From an uncultured Gemmatimonadales bacterium (GTDB taxonomy: Bacteria > Gemmatimonadota > Gemmatimonadetes > Gemmatimonadales > Gemmatimonadaceae): 64,000 bases of DNA. Location: assembly GCA_963851265.1 (NCBI GenBank), contig CAWKNZ010000002.1, positions 896,001 through 960,000 on the forward strand, in the 5' to 3' direction. Position 1 is the stretch's first letter. Each line of letters opens with the position of its first letter. A model generated the notes under the pieces. It did no database searches. It had not been told where the DNA came from and was given only the letters and a program-made list of their open reading frames with translations. Below, in pieces: positions 29,804 through 39,678 of this stretch. Position numbers and translations under genes: made by a program.

Positions 29804-30388
29804 TTAGGCGCGTGGCGTCGCGCGTCCTACCGCGCGCGCCGGCGCCGCCATCCGCGTCACGCCGCCCGACACGAGGAAGGCCATCACGTCCGCGCTCTCG
29901 GCGGCGACCGGGCGCACGCGCTCCGCGGGGAAGAGCACGACGTGCCCGGCCACGCTGTACGACATCGGCAGGTAGACGGCGACGCGGCCGGGGAGGCCGA
30001 GGTGGTCGAGCGCGGTCTGGGTCACGAAGCCGAGCGCCTCACCGCCCGCGTCGGGGTAGAGTGCGACGATCACGGGGCGGTCGAATCGGCGCTGCTCGCC
30101 GACGAAGGCGTTGAGCAGGTCCTTGGTCGAGCCGTAGAGCAGGCGGACGAGCGGCAGGCGCGTGAGCACACGCTCGATCAGGCCGAGTACCGCGCGTGCG
30201 ATGAACGTCGAGGCGAGGAAGCCGACGACGACGACGACCGCGATCGTGATGACGAAACCCGCGCCCGGGACGCTGAGCCCGAGCCACGAGTCGACCGCGG
30301 AAAAGAGCCGCCAGCAGACGTAGAGGGTGACCGCGAGCGGCGCGATCACGGCCACGCCGCGAAGAAAGTAGTTGAGCAGGGCGCGCAT
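29804..30388 (-). CDS. DUF502 family membrane protein
   Basis: YFLRG..VIAPLAVT, two TM helices, RLPLVRLLYGSTKDL, LGFVT, AVYLP. Confidence 0.85.
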   Translation of the reverse strand: MRALLNYFLRGVAVIAPLAVTLYVCWRLFSAVDSWLGLSVPGAGFVITIAVVVVVGFLASTFIARAVLGLIERVLTRLPLVRLLYGSTKDLLNAFVGEQRRFDRPVIVALYPDAGGEALGFVTQTALDHLGLPGRVAVYLPMSYSVAGHVVLFPAERVRPVAAESADVMAFLVSGGVTRMAAPARAVGRATPRA

Positions 30389-30450
30389 CCCGGAACATAC
30401 GCGTCCCCGCTCGCCCTACGCGCGCGGCCCCGCGGACGTCGGCGTGTCGC

Positions 30451-31542
30451 TCACGCGCTCGCAGCGACGGCGCCGCTCATCTCCGCGACGAGCGGCATGA
30501 CCTGCTCCGAGAAGCGCTCCATCTCCTCGAGCTGCGGGCTGCACTGGATGAGGAGCAGGTCGACGCCGGCCTCCGACAGCGCCTGCACGCGGGCTGCGAC
30601 CTGCTCGGGCGTTCCGACGAGTCCCGTGCGCAGACCGCGGTTGGACACCGAGTAGTCTTCCAGCGAGAGCGCCGACTCGAGCTTCGTGTTGCCCACCCAG
30701 TCCTGATAGTTCTTGTAGCCCGGCGTGCCAGGGGCGACGTTCGTGATGCGCGCGATCTCTCGCTTCACGTCGGCGTCGCTGTCCCGCACGATGGTGTACG
30801 CGGCCACGCCGAACTGCATCGGGGCGAGGCCGTCGGGGCGACCCGTGCGCTCGACCGCCGCCTGCTCGCGGCGGCGCTGCATGTCGGTGACCTTCGGCGC
30901 GATCTGCTCGGGTCCGTCGCCGTGCATGACGAATGCGTCGCAGTCGCGACTGATGAGCGTCTTCGCGGCCTCGCTCTCGCCGCCCGCGTAGATCGTGGGG
31001 CGCGGGCGGCCGGGCAACGCGAGCGGCTTGGGCTCGAGCACCGTCTCGTCGACCTCGTAGTACTTGCCCTTGAACCGCACGCCCGTCTCGCGCCACGCCG
31101 CGTCGAGCACGTGCAGCCACTCGGCGGTGCGCGCGTACCGATCGTCGTGCGCGTCGAAGCGCACGCCGTACCGCCGCGCCTCGTCGGCCCACCACGACGA
31201 CACGACGTTGAGCGACAGCCGTCCGTTGCTGATGCGGTCGATGTTGGCGGCCTGCTTGGCGAGGATCGCCGGGTTGTGGAAGGTGGGGCGTACCGCGACC
31301 ATGAGCTCGAGCCGCTCCGTGACCGCGGCAAGCGCCGCCGCCGTCGTCCACGCGTCGAGCGACGGCGCGTCGATCCCCTTGATGTCGTTCAGGAACAGCT
31401 CGGCGACGAGCGTGAGGTCGAACCCGATCGCCTCGCTGCGCTGGGCGAGGCGCTTGGCGTAGGCCCACGACGTCTCCATCGCTTCGTCGGGAACGTTGCG
31501 CAGCCAGCCGCCGAACACGGGGAGCCAGTAGCCGTAGCGCAT
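30451..31542 (-). CDS. Luciferase-like (LLM) flavin-dependent monooxygenase, SsuD/SfnG-related
   Basis: MRYGYWLPVFGGW, GFDLTLVAE, AVRPTFHNP, ISNGRLSLNVVSSWW, IYAGGES, GLVGTPEQVA. Confidence 0.88.
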   Translation of the reverse strand: MRYGYWLPVFGGWLRNVPDEAMETSWAYAKRLAQRSEAIGFDLTLVAELFLNDIKGIDAPSLDAWTTAAALAAVTERLELMVAVRPTFHNPAILAKQAANIDRISNGRLSLNVVSSWWADEARRYGVRFDAHDDRYARTAEWLHVLDAAWRETGVRFKGKYYEVDETVLEPKPLALPGRPRPTIYAGGESEAAKTLISRDCDAFVMHGDGPEQIAPKVTDMQRRREQAAVERTGRPDGLAPMQFGVAAYTIVRDSDADVKREIARITNVAPGTPGYKNYQDWVGNTKLESALSLEDYSVSNRGLRTGLVGTPEQVAARVQALSEAGVDLLLIQCSPQLEEMERFSEQVMPLVAEMSGAVAASA

Positions 31543-32552
31543 CACGCGGCCCCGGCGTGCACGAGTCCGGCGCGCTCCTCGAGATAGTCGGCGAGGCGCG
31601 CGAACGGGTCGAAGCCGACCACCCGCGGCGCGTCGGCGACGAAGTTGGAGAGCGCGTTGACGTCGTAGTAGTAGACCTTGCCGTCGCGGTCGTCGACGAG
31701 GTACTCGACGCCGCCGACGTCGATCCCCGCCGCCTGCACGATCGCCTCGACCGCCGCGATCACGTCGGCGGGCGGCGTGGAGCCCTCGACGCGCATCCCG
31801 TTCTTCGGCGCGTCGAGCGCGCACGCGGCGCGCGACAGTTCCGCGCCGCCGGTGGTCTGGCACGCGTCGGCCGGGCACAGGTTGAAGTCGCCCGCGGGGT
31901 ACACGTTGATCGCGTACAGGAACTTGCCGCCCAACGTCTCGACGCGCGTGATGCGGCCGTCGCGCAGCGGGGCGCGCTCCTGGACCAGAGCGGTGCCGTC
32001 GACGCCGAAGTCGAGCGCGTCGGTCGCGACCGCGGCCGCGAGCTCGTCGCGCGAGCCGTACTCGACGATGCCGGCGCCGCTGCCTCCGACGTTGGCCTTG
32101 ACGAGCACCGGGTAGCGCAGCGCGTCGGCGGCCGCGAGGGCGGCCTCGCCGCTGTTCACGACGCGTGCGCGCGGGTAGCCGAGCCCCAGCGAGGCGAGCA
32201 GGTCGAGCTGGCCGGCCTTCGTCAGTTCCATCGCGTACGCGCGCGAGCCGTTGACCACGGGCACCCCGATACGCTCGAGGTGGCGCATCCAGTCGAGCGT
32301 GTAATACGTGGTGTTGATGCGGCCGCGCAGGTACGCGGACGGCGACGCGCGGTTGAAGACGGCCGCGTACGGCGCGTCGGTCTCGCCCGGATCGTACGAA
32401 TGCGACGCGGCGTCGAGGCGCACGTACGGCGTCCCGCGCCGATCCAGTTCGGCGAAGAGCGGTCGGAACCAGTCCGGGTGCTCGTGAAAGATCGCGATCG
32501 GCTTGGGCGAATCGGACGAAGCAGACGCGGACGGCGCGAAAGAGTCGGGCAT
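31542..32552 (-). CDS. RimK-like ATP-grasp ligase
   Basis: FNRASPS, VVNG, YPVLVKANVGGSGAGI, LVQE, GGVEYL, YYDVNALSNF; the stop overlaps the LLM start. Confidence 0.85.
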   Translation of the reverse strand: MPDSFAPSASASSDSPKPIAIFHEHPDWFRPLFAELDRRGTPYVRLDAASHSYDPGETDAPYAAVFNRASPSAYLRGRINTTYYTLDWMRHLERIGVPVVNGSRAYAMELTKAGQLDLLASLGLGYPRARVVNSGEAALAAADALRYPVLVKANVGGSGAGIVEYGSRDELAAAVATDALDFGVDGTALVQERAPLRDGRITRVETLGGKFLYAINVYPAGDFNLCPADACQTTGGAELSRAACALDAPKNGMRVEGSTPPADVIAAVEAIVQAAGIDVGGVEYLVDDRDGKVYYYDVNALSNFVADAPRVVGFDPFARLADYLEERAGLVHAGAA

Positions 32553-32710
32553 CGGTCGGCGGGGTGCGGCGCGGGTGTGATGGACGCGGGACGCGACGTA
32601 CGCAAGAAGCAAACGCAAATCGCCCGGGCGCCCGGTGGCCACCGGGCGGTTCGGGCGTCGGGTGCGAGGCGTCGACGGCGCGGCACGGCGCCACGCCGAA
32701 CGGTCGATAA

Positions 32711-32740
32711 ATCTTAGCTCTGAGAGGAGTGCGCGGTCAA
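32711..32740 (-). promoter_or_regulatory. Sigma70-type promoter of the ATP-grasp/LLM operon
   Basis: Minus strand TTGACC (32740-32735), 18 nt spacer, TAAGAT (32716-32711) in a locally AT-rich patch. Confidence 0.5.
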
Positions 32741-32852
32741 CGGCGCCAGCGCGACGGAGCCCGGCTGCGTAAGCGAACCGTCGCGCGCCGTGCGTGCGGA
32801 TTCCCACGCCGTCCGGCGCGCCGCCGTCTCACCCGGTTCATCCCCCGCCGCC

Positions 32853-35800
32853 ATGTCACGCTCCGCCCGGCGCCGTCGCGCCGACCACCTGCGCCTTCTC
32901 GCCGCCTTCGCGTCCGCCGTACCCGCCGTGACCGCGCCAGCCGCGACGCGCGCGCAGACGGCGCCGCCACGACCGGCGGCGACGCGTCCGACAGCGCCGC
33001 GGCCGCTCACGCAGGCCGACTACGACCGTTGGGTGACGGTCCAGGGCACGACGCTCGCCAGGGACGGCCGCTGGGTGGCGTACACGCTCGTGCCCGAGGT
33101 CGGCGACGGGCCACTCGTCGTACGCGCGACGCACGGGGCGACGGAGTACCGCGTGCCGCGAGGTTTCGTCGGGCGGCCGCAGCTCACGGTCAACGTCGAT
33201 TCGGGGTTCACGGCCCCGCCGCCCGCGTTCTCTGCGGACGGCCGCATCGCGGCGGCGCTCGCGTACGCGCCGCAAGCGGAGTTCGACCGCGCGCGCCGGG
33301 AGAAGCGGCGCATCCCGCCCGCGCCGTCGCTCGCCGTGGTGTCGCTCGCCGACGGTCGGATCGAAACCATTCCGCGCGTGCGCAGCTTCGCGATGCCGCG
33401 CGACGCGGGCGGGTGGCTCGCCTACCTGCTCGAACCGGCGGACAGCGCCGGGCGGCGCGCAGCCGCCGCGCGCGACAGCGTCGTCCGGCCGAGCGGGGCG
33501 CCGCCGGGCGGCGGCGCGCCGGCGGGTGCCGCGGCCCAGACGCCGGGCGCGACGCCGCGGCCCGTGACCGACACCACCGGGACGCGACGGCGAGAATACG
33601 GATCCACCCTCGTCGTGCGCGACCTCGCGACGGGTGCGGAGACGCGCATCGCGGACGTCGCGTCGTACGTGATCGGCGACAGCGCGCGATGGCTCGCCTA
33701 CGCCGTGTCGTCGCGCACGCCGGGGCGCGACGGCGTCTACGCGCGCGCCCTCGGCCCCGCCGCGTCGTCGGGCGCACTCGGCCCGGAGGTCGCGTTCGCC
33801 ACGGGACGCGGCGAGTACAAGGCGCTCGCGTTCGACCGGGCGGTGCGCCAACTCGCGTTCGTCTCGAACCGCGACGATTCGCTCGCCTCGCGGCCGCGCT
33901 GGTCGCTCTTCCACGCGCGGCTCGACGGGCGCGGCGCCGAGTCGCGCGCGGTGGTCGCAGCCGCGGCCGTCGAGCGCGGACTGGGCGTGCACGACCGCGG
34001 GGTGAGCTTCGTGCGCGACGGGTCGGCCGTCGTGTTCGGCCTCGCGCCGACGCTGGCCGATTCGATTCCGGCCGACTCGCTCGCCGACAAGGCCGTGCTC
34101 GACCTCTGGCACTGGCAGGACGCGCGGCTCCAACCGCAGCAGCGGCTCGAGGCCACGCGCGACCGCGCTCGGGCCTACACGGCCGTGTATACGCCCGCGA
34201 CGGGCCGCTTCGTGCGGCTCGGTTCGGACTCGCTGCCGCAGGTCACCGTCAGCGACGACGGCCGCGTGGCGCTCGCCGTGACCACGCTCCCCTACGCGAT
34301 CGCGCAGATGTGGGGCGAGGGCGGCAGCGACGTGTACCTGCTCGACGCGCGGACCGGCGCGCGCACGACGGTCGCGCGCCGGGTGCCTTTCGGCGCGCAG
34401 CTCTCGCCTGGCGCGCGCTACGTGACGTGGTACGCCGGAGCGGCGCACGGGGGCTGGCAGGCGTACGACGTCGCGGCGCACCACGCCGCGCCGCTCGCCG
34501 CCGACGTTCGCGGCGTGCGCTTCGACGAGGAGACGTGGGACACGCCGAGCGAGCCCGCGCCCTGGGGCCAGGCGGGATGGACCGCGGGCGACCGCGACTT
34601 CCTCGTCTACTCGCGGTACGACGTGTGGGCGCTCGACCCGAGCGGGCGCCGCGCCCCTCGCGTGGTCACGGATTCGGCCGGAGTACGGAACCACGTCGTG
34701 CTGCGCGTGGCGCGGACCGACCGCGACGAGCGATTCCTCGACGCGCGCGCGCCGCTGCTCCTCAGCGCGTTCGACGACGAGACGAAGGCGAGCGGCTTCT
34801 ACCGCGACCGCGTGGACGGCGGCGGCGCGCCCGTGCGGATCGTCATGGCCGACGCGCGCTTCGGTGCGCCGGTGAAGGCGCAGGGCGCCGACGAGTACGC
34901 CGTCACGCGGCAGACCTTCACGGCGGCGCCGGACGTCTACGTGGGCGAGCGGCTGGACGCCCTGACGAAGGTGAGCGACGCCAACCCGCAGCAGGCGCAA
35001 TACGCGTGGGGCACGGCCGAGCTCGTGCACTGGCGGAACACGGACGGCGTACCGCTCAACGGCGTCCTCTACAAGCCGGCGGATTTCGACGCGTCGCGCA
35101 AGTATCCGATGCTCGTCTACTTCTACGAGCAGCTGTCGGACAACCTGTATCAGTACCACCCGCCGGCGGGGCGCAACGTCATCAACCCGACGGTCTACGC
35201 GTCCAACGGCTACCTCGTCTTCTTCCCGGACATCGCGTACACGACCGGCTTTCCGGGGCAGAGCGCGCTCAAGTCGATCCTCCCGGGCGTGCAGGCCATC
35301 GCCGCGCGTGGCTTCGTCGACGAGCAGCGCGTCGGGATCGCGGGGCAGAGCTGGGGCGGGTACCAGAGTGCGTACATCATCACGCAGACCCCCTACTTCC
35401 GAGCCGCGTTCCTCGGCGCGCCGGTCGCGAACATGACCAGCGCGTACGGCGGGATACGATGGGAGACCGGCGTGGCGCGCGCCTTCCAGTACGAGAAAGG
35501 CCAGAGCCGGATCGGGCGCTCGTTGTGGGACGCGCTGCCGCGCTACGTCGAGAACTCGCCGCTCTTCTACGTGGACCGCGTGACGACGCCGTCGCTCATC
35601 ATGAGCAACGACGGCGACGGCGCGGTGCCGTGGTACCAGGGCATCGAGCTGTTCGTCGCGATGCGGCGGTTCGGAAAGGAGGCGTACCTGCTGGACTACA
35701 ACGGCGACGGCCACAACCCGCGCAAGCGCGCCAACCAACTCGACGTCGACCGCCGGATGCAGCAGTTCTTCGCGCACCACCTCAAGGGCGAGCCCGCGCC

Positions 35801-36023
35801 GGACTGGATGCGGGTCGGCGTCCCCTTCCTGCTGAAAGGACGCGACCAATTCACGGCGCCCGCGGTCGCGGCCGAACCGGGGACTGGAGGTCGGCCTTCC
35901 GGCGCCGCGGGCGCGCGGCCGACGAACGGGACGGGGACCGGGACGGGGACCGGGACGGGCGCCGGCAGCGCGACCGCGACGGGCGGCGGAGTCCCCGCGC
36001 CGGCCGGCGGCACGAGCCCGTGA
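32853..36023 (+). CDS. S9 family (prolyl oligopeptidase/DPP-IV-like) serine peptidase, secreted
   Basis: Beta-propeller-like N-terminal region; KYPMLVYFYE, GQSWGGY nucleophile, NDGDGAVPW, YNGDGHN; Gly/Thr-rich tail. Confidence 0.92.
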   Translation: MSRSARRRRADHLRLLAAFASAVPAVTAPAATRAQTAPPRPAATRPTAPRPLTQADYDRWVTVQGTTLARDGRWVAYTLVPEVGDGPLVVRATHGATEYRVPRGFVGRPQLTVNVDSGFTAPPPAFSADGRIAAALAYAPQAEFDRARREKRRIPPAPSLAVVSLADGRIETIPRVRSFAMPRDAGGWLAYLLEPADSAGRRAAAARDSVVRPSGAPPGGGAPAGAAAQTPGATPRPVTDTTGTRRREYGSTLVVRDLATGAETRIADVASYVIGDSARWLAYAVSSRTPGRDGVYARALGPAASSGALGPEVAFATGRGEYKALAFDRAVRQLAFVSNRDDSLASRPRWSLFHARLDGRGAESRAVVAAAAVERGLGVHDRGVSFVRDGSAVVFGLAPTLADSIPADSLADKAVLDLWHWQDARLQPQQRLEATRDRARAYTAVYTPATGRFVRLGSDSLPQVTVSDDGRVALAVTTLPYAIAQMWGEGGSDVYLLDARTGARTTVARRVPFGAQLSPGARYVTWYAGAAHGGWQAYDVAAHHAAPLAADVRGVRFDEETWDTPSEPAPWGQAGWTAGDRDFLVYSRYDVWALDPSGRRAPRVVTDSAGVRNHVVLRVARTDRDERFLDARAPLLLSAFDDETKASGFYRDRVDGGGAPVRIVMADARFGAPVKAQGADEYAVTRQTFTAAPDVYVGERLDALTKVSDANPQQAQYAWGTAELVHWRNTDGVPLNGVLYKPADFDASRKYPMLVYFYEQLSDNLYQYHPPAGRNVINPTVYASNGYLVFFPDIAYTTGFPGQSALKSILPGVQAIAARGFVDEQRVGIAGQSWGGYQSAYIITQTPYFRAAFLGAPVANMTSAYGGIRWETGVARAFQYEKGQSRIGRSLWDALPRYVENSPLFYVDRVTTPSLIMSNDGDGAVPWYQGIELFVAMRRFGKEAYLLDYNGDGHNPRKRANQLDVDRRMQQFFAHHLKGEPAPDWMRVGVPFLLKGRDQFTAPAVAAEPGTGGRPSGAAGARPTNGTGTGTGTGTGAGSATATGGGVPAPAGGTSP

Positions 36024-36173
36024 CGCGGAGATCGGCGCGGCGTGCGCCACCGCGGGCGCGACGGTGCGCGCGAGGCGAGCGCGTCCGGGCGGGTCGGGCG
36101 TGCGTGTTCGCGCCGGCACGCCGCTCGCACCGGGGCCTGCGTCCCGCCGGATCGCCCCCGCACCGTCGCACTC

Positions 36174-37112
36174 GTGCACACACGCCGCATCGGATCGCTC
36201 ACCGTCTCGGCGGTCGGCCTCGGCTGTAACAACTTCGGGGCCCGCCTCGACGCGGCCGCGACCGCCGACGTGGTGAACGCGGCGCTGGACGCCGGGGTCA
36301 CGTTGTTCGACACGGCGGACGTGTACGGCGGGACGCGGAGCGAGGAGTTCCTCGGCCGTGCGTTAGGCGCGCGGCGCCGCGACGTGGTCGTGGCGACCAA
36401 GTTCGGCATCAAGCTCGACGATGCGCGCCCGGGCGGCGGGGCGCCCGCGTACGTCCGCCGGGCCGCGGAGGACAGTCTGCGGCGCCTCGGGACCGACGTG
36501 ATCGACCTGTACCAGTTGCACCGCCCGGACCCGGCGGTGCCGATCGGGGACACGATGGGCGCCCTCGGCGATCTCGTGCGCGAGGGGAAGGTGCGCGAGA
36601 TCGGCTGTTCCAACTTCTCGGTCGAGCAGATCCGGGAGTCGAACGCCGCGCAATCCAGCACGACGCGCGACGCCGTGCGTTTCGCGAGCGTTCAGAACGA
36701 GTACAGCCTGTTCCACCGCGAACCGGAGCACGACGGCGTGCTGGCCGAGTGCGAGCGCGAGCGGCTCGGGTTTCTGCCGTACTTCCCGCTCGCGAGCGGG
36801 CTGCTGAGCGGCAAGTACCGCCGCGGTGCGCCGGCGCCGCCCGACACGCGGTTAGGCTCGGGCGGGTGGGGGAGCGACCGGCTGAGCGACGACAATCTCG
36901 CGCGCGTGGAGCGCCTCACGGGCGTGGCCGAAGCGCGCGGGCACAGCGTGCTCGAACTCGCGATCGCGTGGCTGCTCGCGCGGCCTGCGGTGGCGTCGGT
37001 GATCGCGGGTGCGACGCGTGCCGAGCAGGTGCGGGCCAACGCGGAGGCCGCGAACTGGCGGCTGACGGAGCACGACCTGACCGCCGTCGAGCAGGCGCTC
37101 GCCGCATCCTGA
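36174..37112 (+). CDS. Aldo/keto reductase
   Basis: VGLGCNNFG, FDTADVYG, ATKFG, SLRRLGTDVIDLYQLHRPD, IGCSNFS, PYFPLASGLLSGKY. Confidence 0.93.
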   Translation: MHTRRIGSLTVSAVGLGCNNFGARLDAAATADVVNAALDAGVTLFDTADVYGGTRSEEFLGRALGARRRDVVVATKFGIKLDDARPGGGAPAYVRRAAEDSLRRLGTDVIDLYQLHRPDPAVPIGDTMGALGDLVREGKVREIGCSNFSVEQIRESNAAQSSTTRDAVRFASVQNEYSLFHREPEHDGVLAECERERLGFLPYFPLASGLLSGKYRRGAPAPPDTRLGSGGWGSDRLSDDNLARVERLTGVAEARGHSVLELAIAWLLARPAVASVIAGATRAEQVRANAEAANWRLTEHDLTAVEQALAAS

Positions 37113-37178
37113 TCGGCCGATCCCGTTCACCTCCGATCGGCGACCGACCCAGGCCCCTCGGTTCCCACTTTCCGACCC

Positions 37179-38051
37179 GTGTCCGATCCGACGACCGCCG
37201 GCGCGCAGCCGCCGCAGCCCGAGCAGCAACAGTCCGCGCCGGGCACCGAACGTGAGATGACGCCGACCGCCGATCACGGCGAACACTCGTACCGGGGAAG
37301 CGGCAAACTGACCGGCAAGGTGGCTCTCATCACCGGTGCGGACTCGGGCATCGGCCGCGCAGTCGCGATCGCCTTTGCCCGCGAGGGGGCGGACGTCCTG
37401 ATCTCCTACCTGAACGAGGAGGAGGACGCGGCGGAAACGCGCCGCCTCGTCGAGGCCGAGGGGCGGCGCGCGGTCGCCGTCGCGGGCGACATCGGCGAGG
37501 AGGCGCACTGCAAGGCGCTCGTGCAGCGCTGTGTCGCCGAGCTCGGCGGGATCGACGTGCTCGTGAACAACGCGGCGTTCCAGCGGACGCACGACAGCAT
37601 CACCGAGTTCTCGACCGAGGAGTGGGACCGCACCTACCGGACGAACGTGTACGCGATGTTCTGGCTCTGCCGTGAGGCGGTACCGCGGATGAAGCCGGGC
37701 AGCGCGATCATCAACACGACCTCGGTGCAGGCGTTCACGCCGGTTCCGATGCTGCTCGCCTACGCATCGACGAAGGCCGCGATCCGGAACTTCACGCAGG
37801 GGCTCGCGCAGGGCGTGGCGGACAAGGGGATTCGCGTGAACGCCGTCGCGCCGGGGCCGGTGTGGACGCCGCTCATCCCGGCGACGATGCCGCCGGAGAA
37901 GGTGAAGACGTTCGGCCAGGACGTGCCGCTCAAGCGTGCCGCGCAGCCGCGCGAACTGGCGCCGATCTACGTGCTGCTCGCCTCAGACGAGGGGAGCTAC
38001 ATCACGGGGATGGTCTACGGCGCGACCGGCGGCGACCCGATCGGTGCCTGA
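37179..38051 (+). CDS. SDR oxidoreductase, general-stress YdaD/YghA type
   Basis: DHGEHSYRGSGKL, ITGADSGIGRA, VNNAAFQ, YASTK, VAPGPVWTPLIP. Confidence 0.92.
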   Translation: MSDPTTAGAQPPQPEQQQSAPGTEREMTPTADHGEHSYRGSGKLTGKVALITGADSGIGRAVAIAFAREGADVLISYLNEEEDAAETRRLVEAEGRRAVAVAGDIGEEAHCKALVQRCVAELGGIDVLVNNAAFQRTHDSITEFSTEEWDRTYRTNVYAMFWLCREAVPRMKPGSAIINTTSVQAFTPVPMLLAYASTKAAIRNFTQGLAQGVADKGIRVNAVAPGPVWTPLIPATMPPEKVKTFGQDVPLKRAAQPRELAPIYVLLASDEGSYITGMVYGATGGDPIGA

Positions 38052-38085
38052 CCGGCCCGCCGCTCACGCCTAACACTTCTCCGCC

Positions 38086-38286
38086 GTGCCCCCGTACCAG
38101 ACGCTCGCAGAGCTGCCGGAAGCGCAGGTCGCCCGCTACGACCACCACGAGAAGCGCGCGTTCCTCGAGGCGTTCAACCACGCGTACGAGGAGTACGGCC
38201 ACGACGAGCATCGGGCCTTCGCCGTCGCGCACGCGGCCGCGCAGCGGGCGGGTGCGAAAGCGCGCGAGGATGCGGACGCCCCGTAA
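38086..38286 (+). CDS. chaB: ChaB family protein
   Basis: PYQTLAELP...FLEAFNHAYEEY..DE.RAFAVAHAA is the ChaB pattern. Confidence 0.75.
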   Translation: MPPYQTLAELPEAQVARYDHHEKRAFLEAFNHAYEEYGHDEHRAFAVAHAAAQRAGAKAREDADAP

Positions 38287-38351
38287 CGCGCCGCGCCGAG
38301 CTGCCGGGCCGAGCATCAGCGCGTCCGGCAGCGCGCGGCGCAGCGCGCCGC

Positions 38352-38837
38352 TCAGTTTGCGGTGAGATCCCGCCGGAAGACGACCAGATCGCGGACCTCG
38401 ATGCCGTTCTCGTAGATCGGGGTGCGGTGGTAGCGGAAGTAGTCGTGGCGAACGTGGTCGAAGCGGAACCCGCACTTCTGGTAGAACGCGAGGTTGCCGA
38501 TGCTCGCGTTGCCGGTGCCGACCTCGATGGTGCGCTTGCGACGACGCAGCGCCTCCGCACATAGCGCGTGCACGATCGCGCGGCCGACGCCGCGGCCGTG
38601 AAGCGACTCGACCACGCCGAGCTCGACGATCTCGCACGGGTCGCCGCTCCAGCGCATCGTCGCCGCGCCGGCGAGTCGGCCGCCGACGGTCGCGCGGTAG
38701 ACGGCGTCGCTGAGGTGACCGAGGCTCCACCGCAGCGCGCGTTCGCTCGGTTCGGCGAGCAGGAGAATCGGGACGAGCGCCTCGATGTCGGCGCCCGTGA
38801 CTTCGGCGACTTCGACGGGCGACGCGGCGCCGCTCAC
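38352..38837 (-). CDS. GNAT family N-acetyltransferase
   Basis: LLLAEPSE, HGRGVGR, VGTGNASIGNLAFYQKCGFR, IYENGIEVRD. Confidence 0.88.
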   Translation of the reverse strand: MSGAASPVEVAEVTGADIEALVPILLLAEPSERALRWSLGHLSDAVYRATVGGRLAGAATMRWSGDPCEIVELGVVESLHGRGVGRAIVHALCAEALRRRKRTIEVGTGNASIGNLAFYQKCGFRFDHVRHDYFRYHRTPIYENGIEVRDLVVFRRDLTAN

Positions 38838-39535
38838 TCGTCCCGGATCGACGCCGTGACGTCGCGGAGCCACTCGCCTAGGTCGGCATCGAGCGCGTCG
38901 CGGCAGCCGTCGAGACCGTGGCGGCAGTCGGGGTAGAGGATGATGCGCTTCGGCTCGCTGGCGCGCGCGTAGATGTCACGCGAGCACTGGAACGGCAGCA
39001 CTTCGTCGGCGACGCCGTGCGCCAGGAGGAGCGGGCGGGGCGCGAGGCGCGGGACGCCGCCGGTCCCGGCCGTCTGGCTGCTGAGCGCGGCGACCGCGAT
39101 CACGGCGTCGCTCGCCGCCCCGGCGGTGATGACCACCGCGCCGCCGAACGAATGTCCGACGAGCACGACGCGCGTGCGTCCGCGCTCGACGAGGTAGCCG
39201 ACACCGACCAGCGTGTCGAGCACGCACTCGAGCAGGTCCGCCGGCCGGCGATACGCGACCTGGAGCGAGGTGACACCCTGCGGCGTGAGTGCCGCGCCGA
39301 GCCGATCGTAGAGGCCGCCGGCCGGACCATGGAAGCCTCCGCCCGCGCCGAACACCCAGACGACGGCCGCGTCGCCCGGGGCACCGGATTGCAGGCGGCA
39401 TGCGATCACTCCCCGGTCGGTGACCAGGTCGACGTGCTCGGTGCCGGCGTCGCCCGGCGCATGTCGGACGTCGAGCAGCGACAGTTCGTGCGGCGTTTCG
39501 GTGGGCGGCATGGTGGCGTGGCGGGCAATGGGCAT
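38834..39535 (-). CDS. Alpha/beta hydrolase
   Basis: GAGGG oxyanion loop, VGHSFGG, HGVADEVL, HGL; overlaps the GNAT start. Start 39535 or 39511. Confidence 0.85.
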   Translation of the reverse strand: MPIARHATMPPTETPHELSLLDVRHAPGDAGTEHVDLVTDRGVIACRLQSGAPGDAAVVWVFGAGGGFHGPAGGLYDRLGAALTPQGVTSLQVAYRRPADLLECVLDTLVGVGYLVERGRTRVVLVGHSFGGAVVITAGAASDAVIAVAALSSQTAGTGGVPRLAPRPLLLAHGVADEVLPFQCSRDIYARASEPKRIILYPDCRHGLDGCRDALDADLGEWLRDVTASIRDE

Positions 39536-39678
39536 TCCGGCGTCGGGCGTCGGTCCCGGGTTTGCGACGCGTGCGGGCAAGCGCCGCGCCCGCGCCGGGC
39601 AGCGGCCGACCGGTCGAGTGCGCCGTCGACGACCGTCGACGATCCGCACAGATTACACGCCCACCACGCACCGCCCTC

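Noticed and set aside
32553..32740. Canonical SAM-I riboswitch upstream of the sulfur-type monooxygenase
   Set aside because: Conserved ATCxAGAG / GAGGGA / GCAACC elements not found; kept only as an unknown leader.
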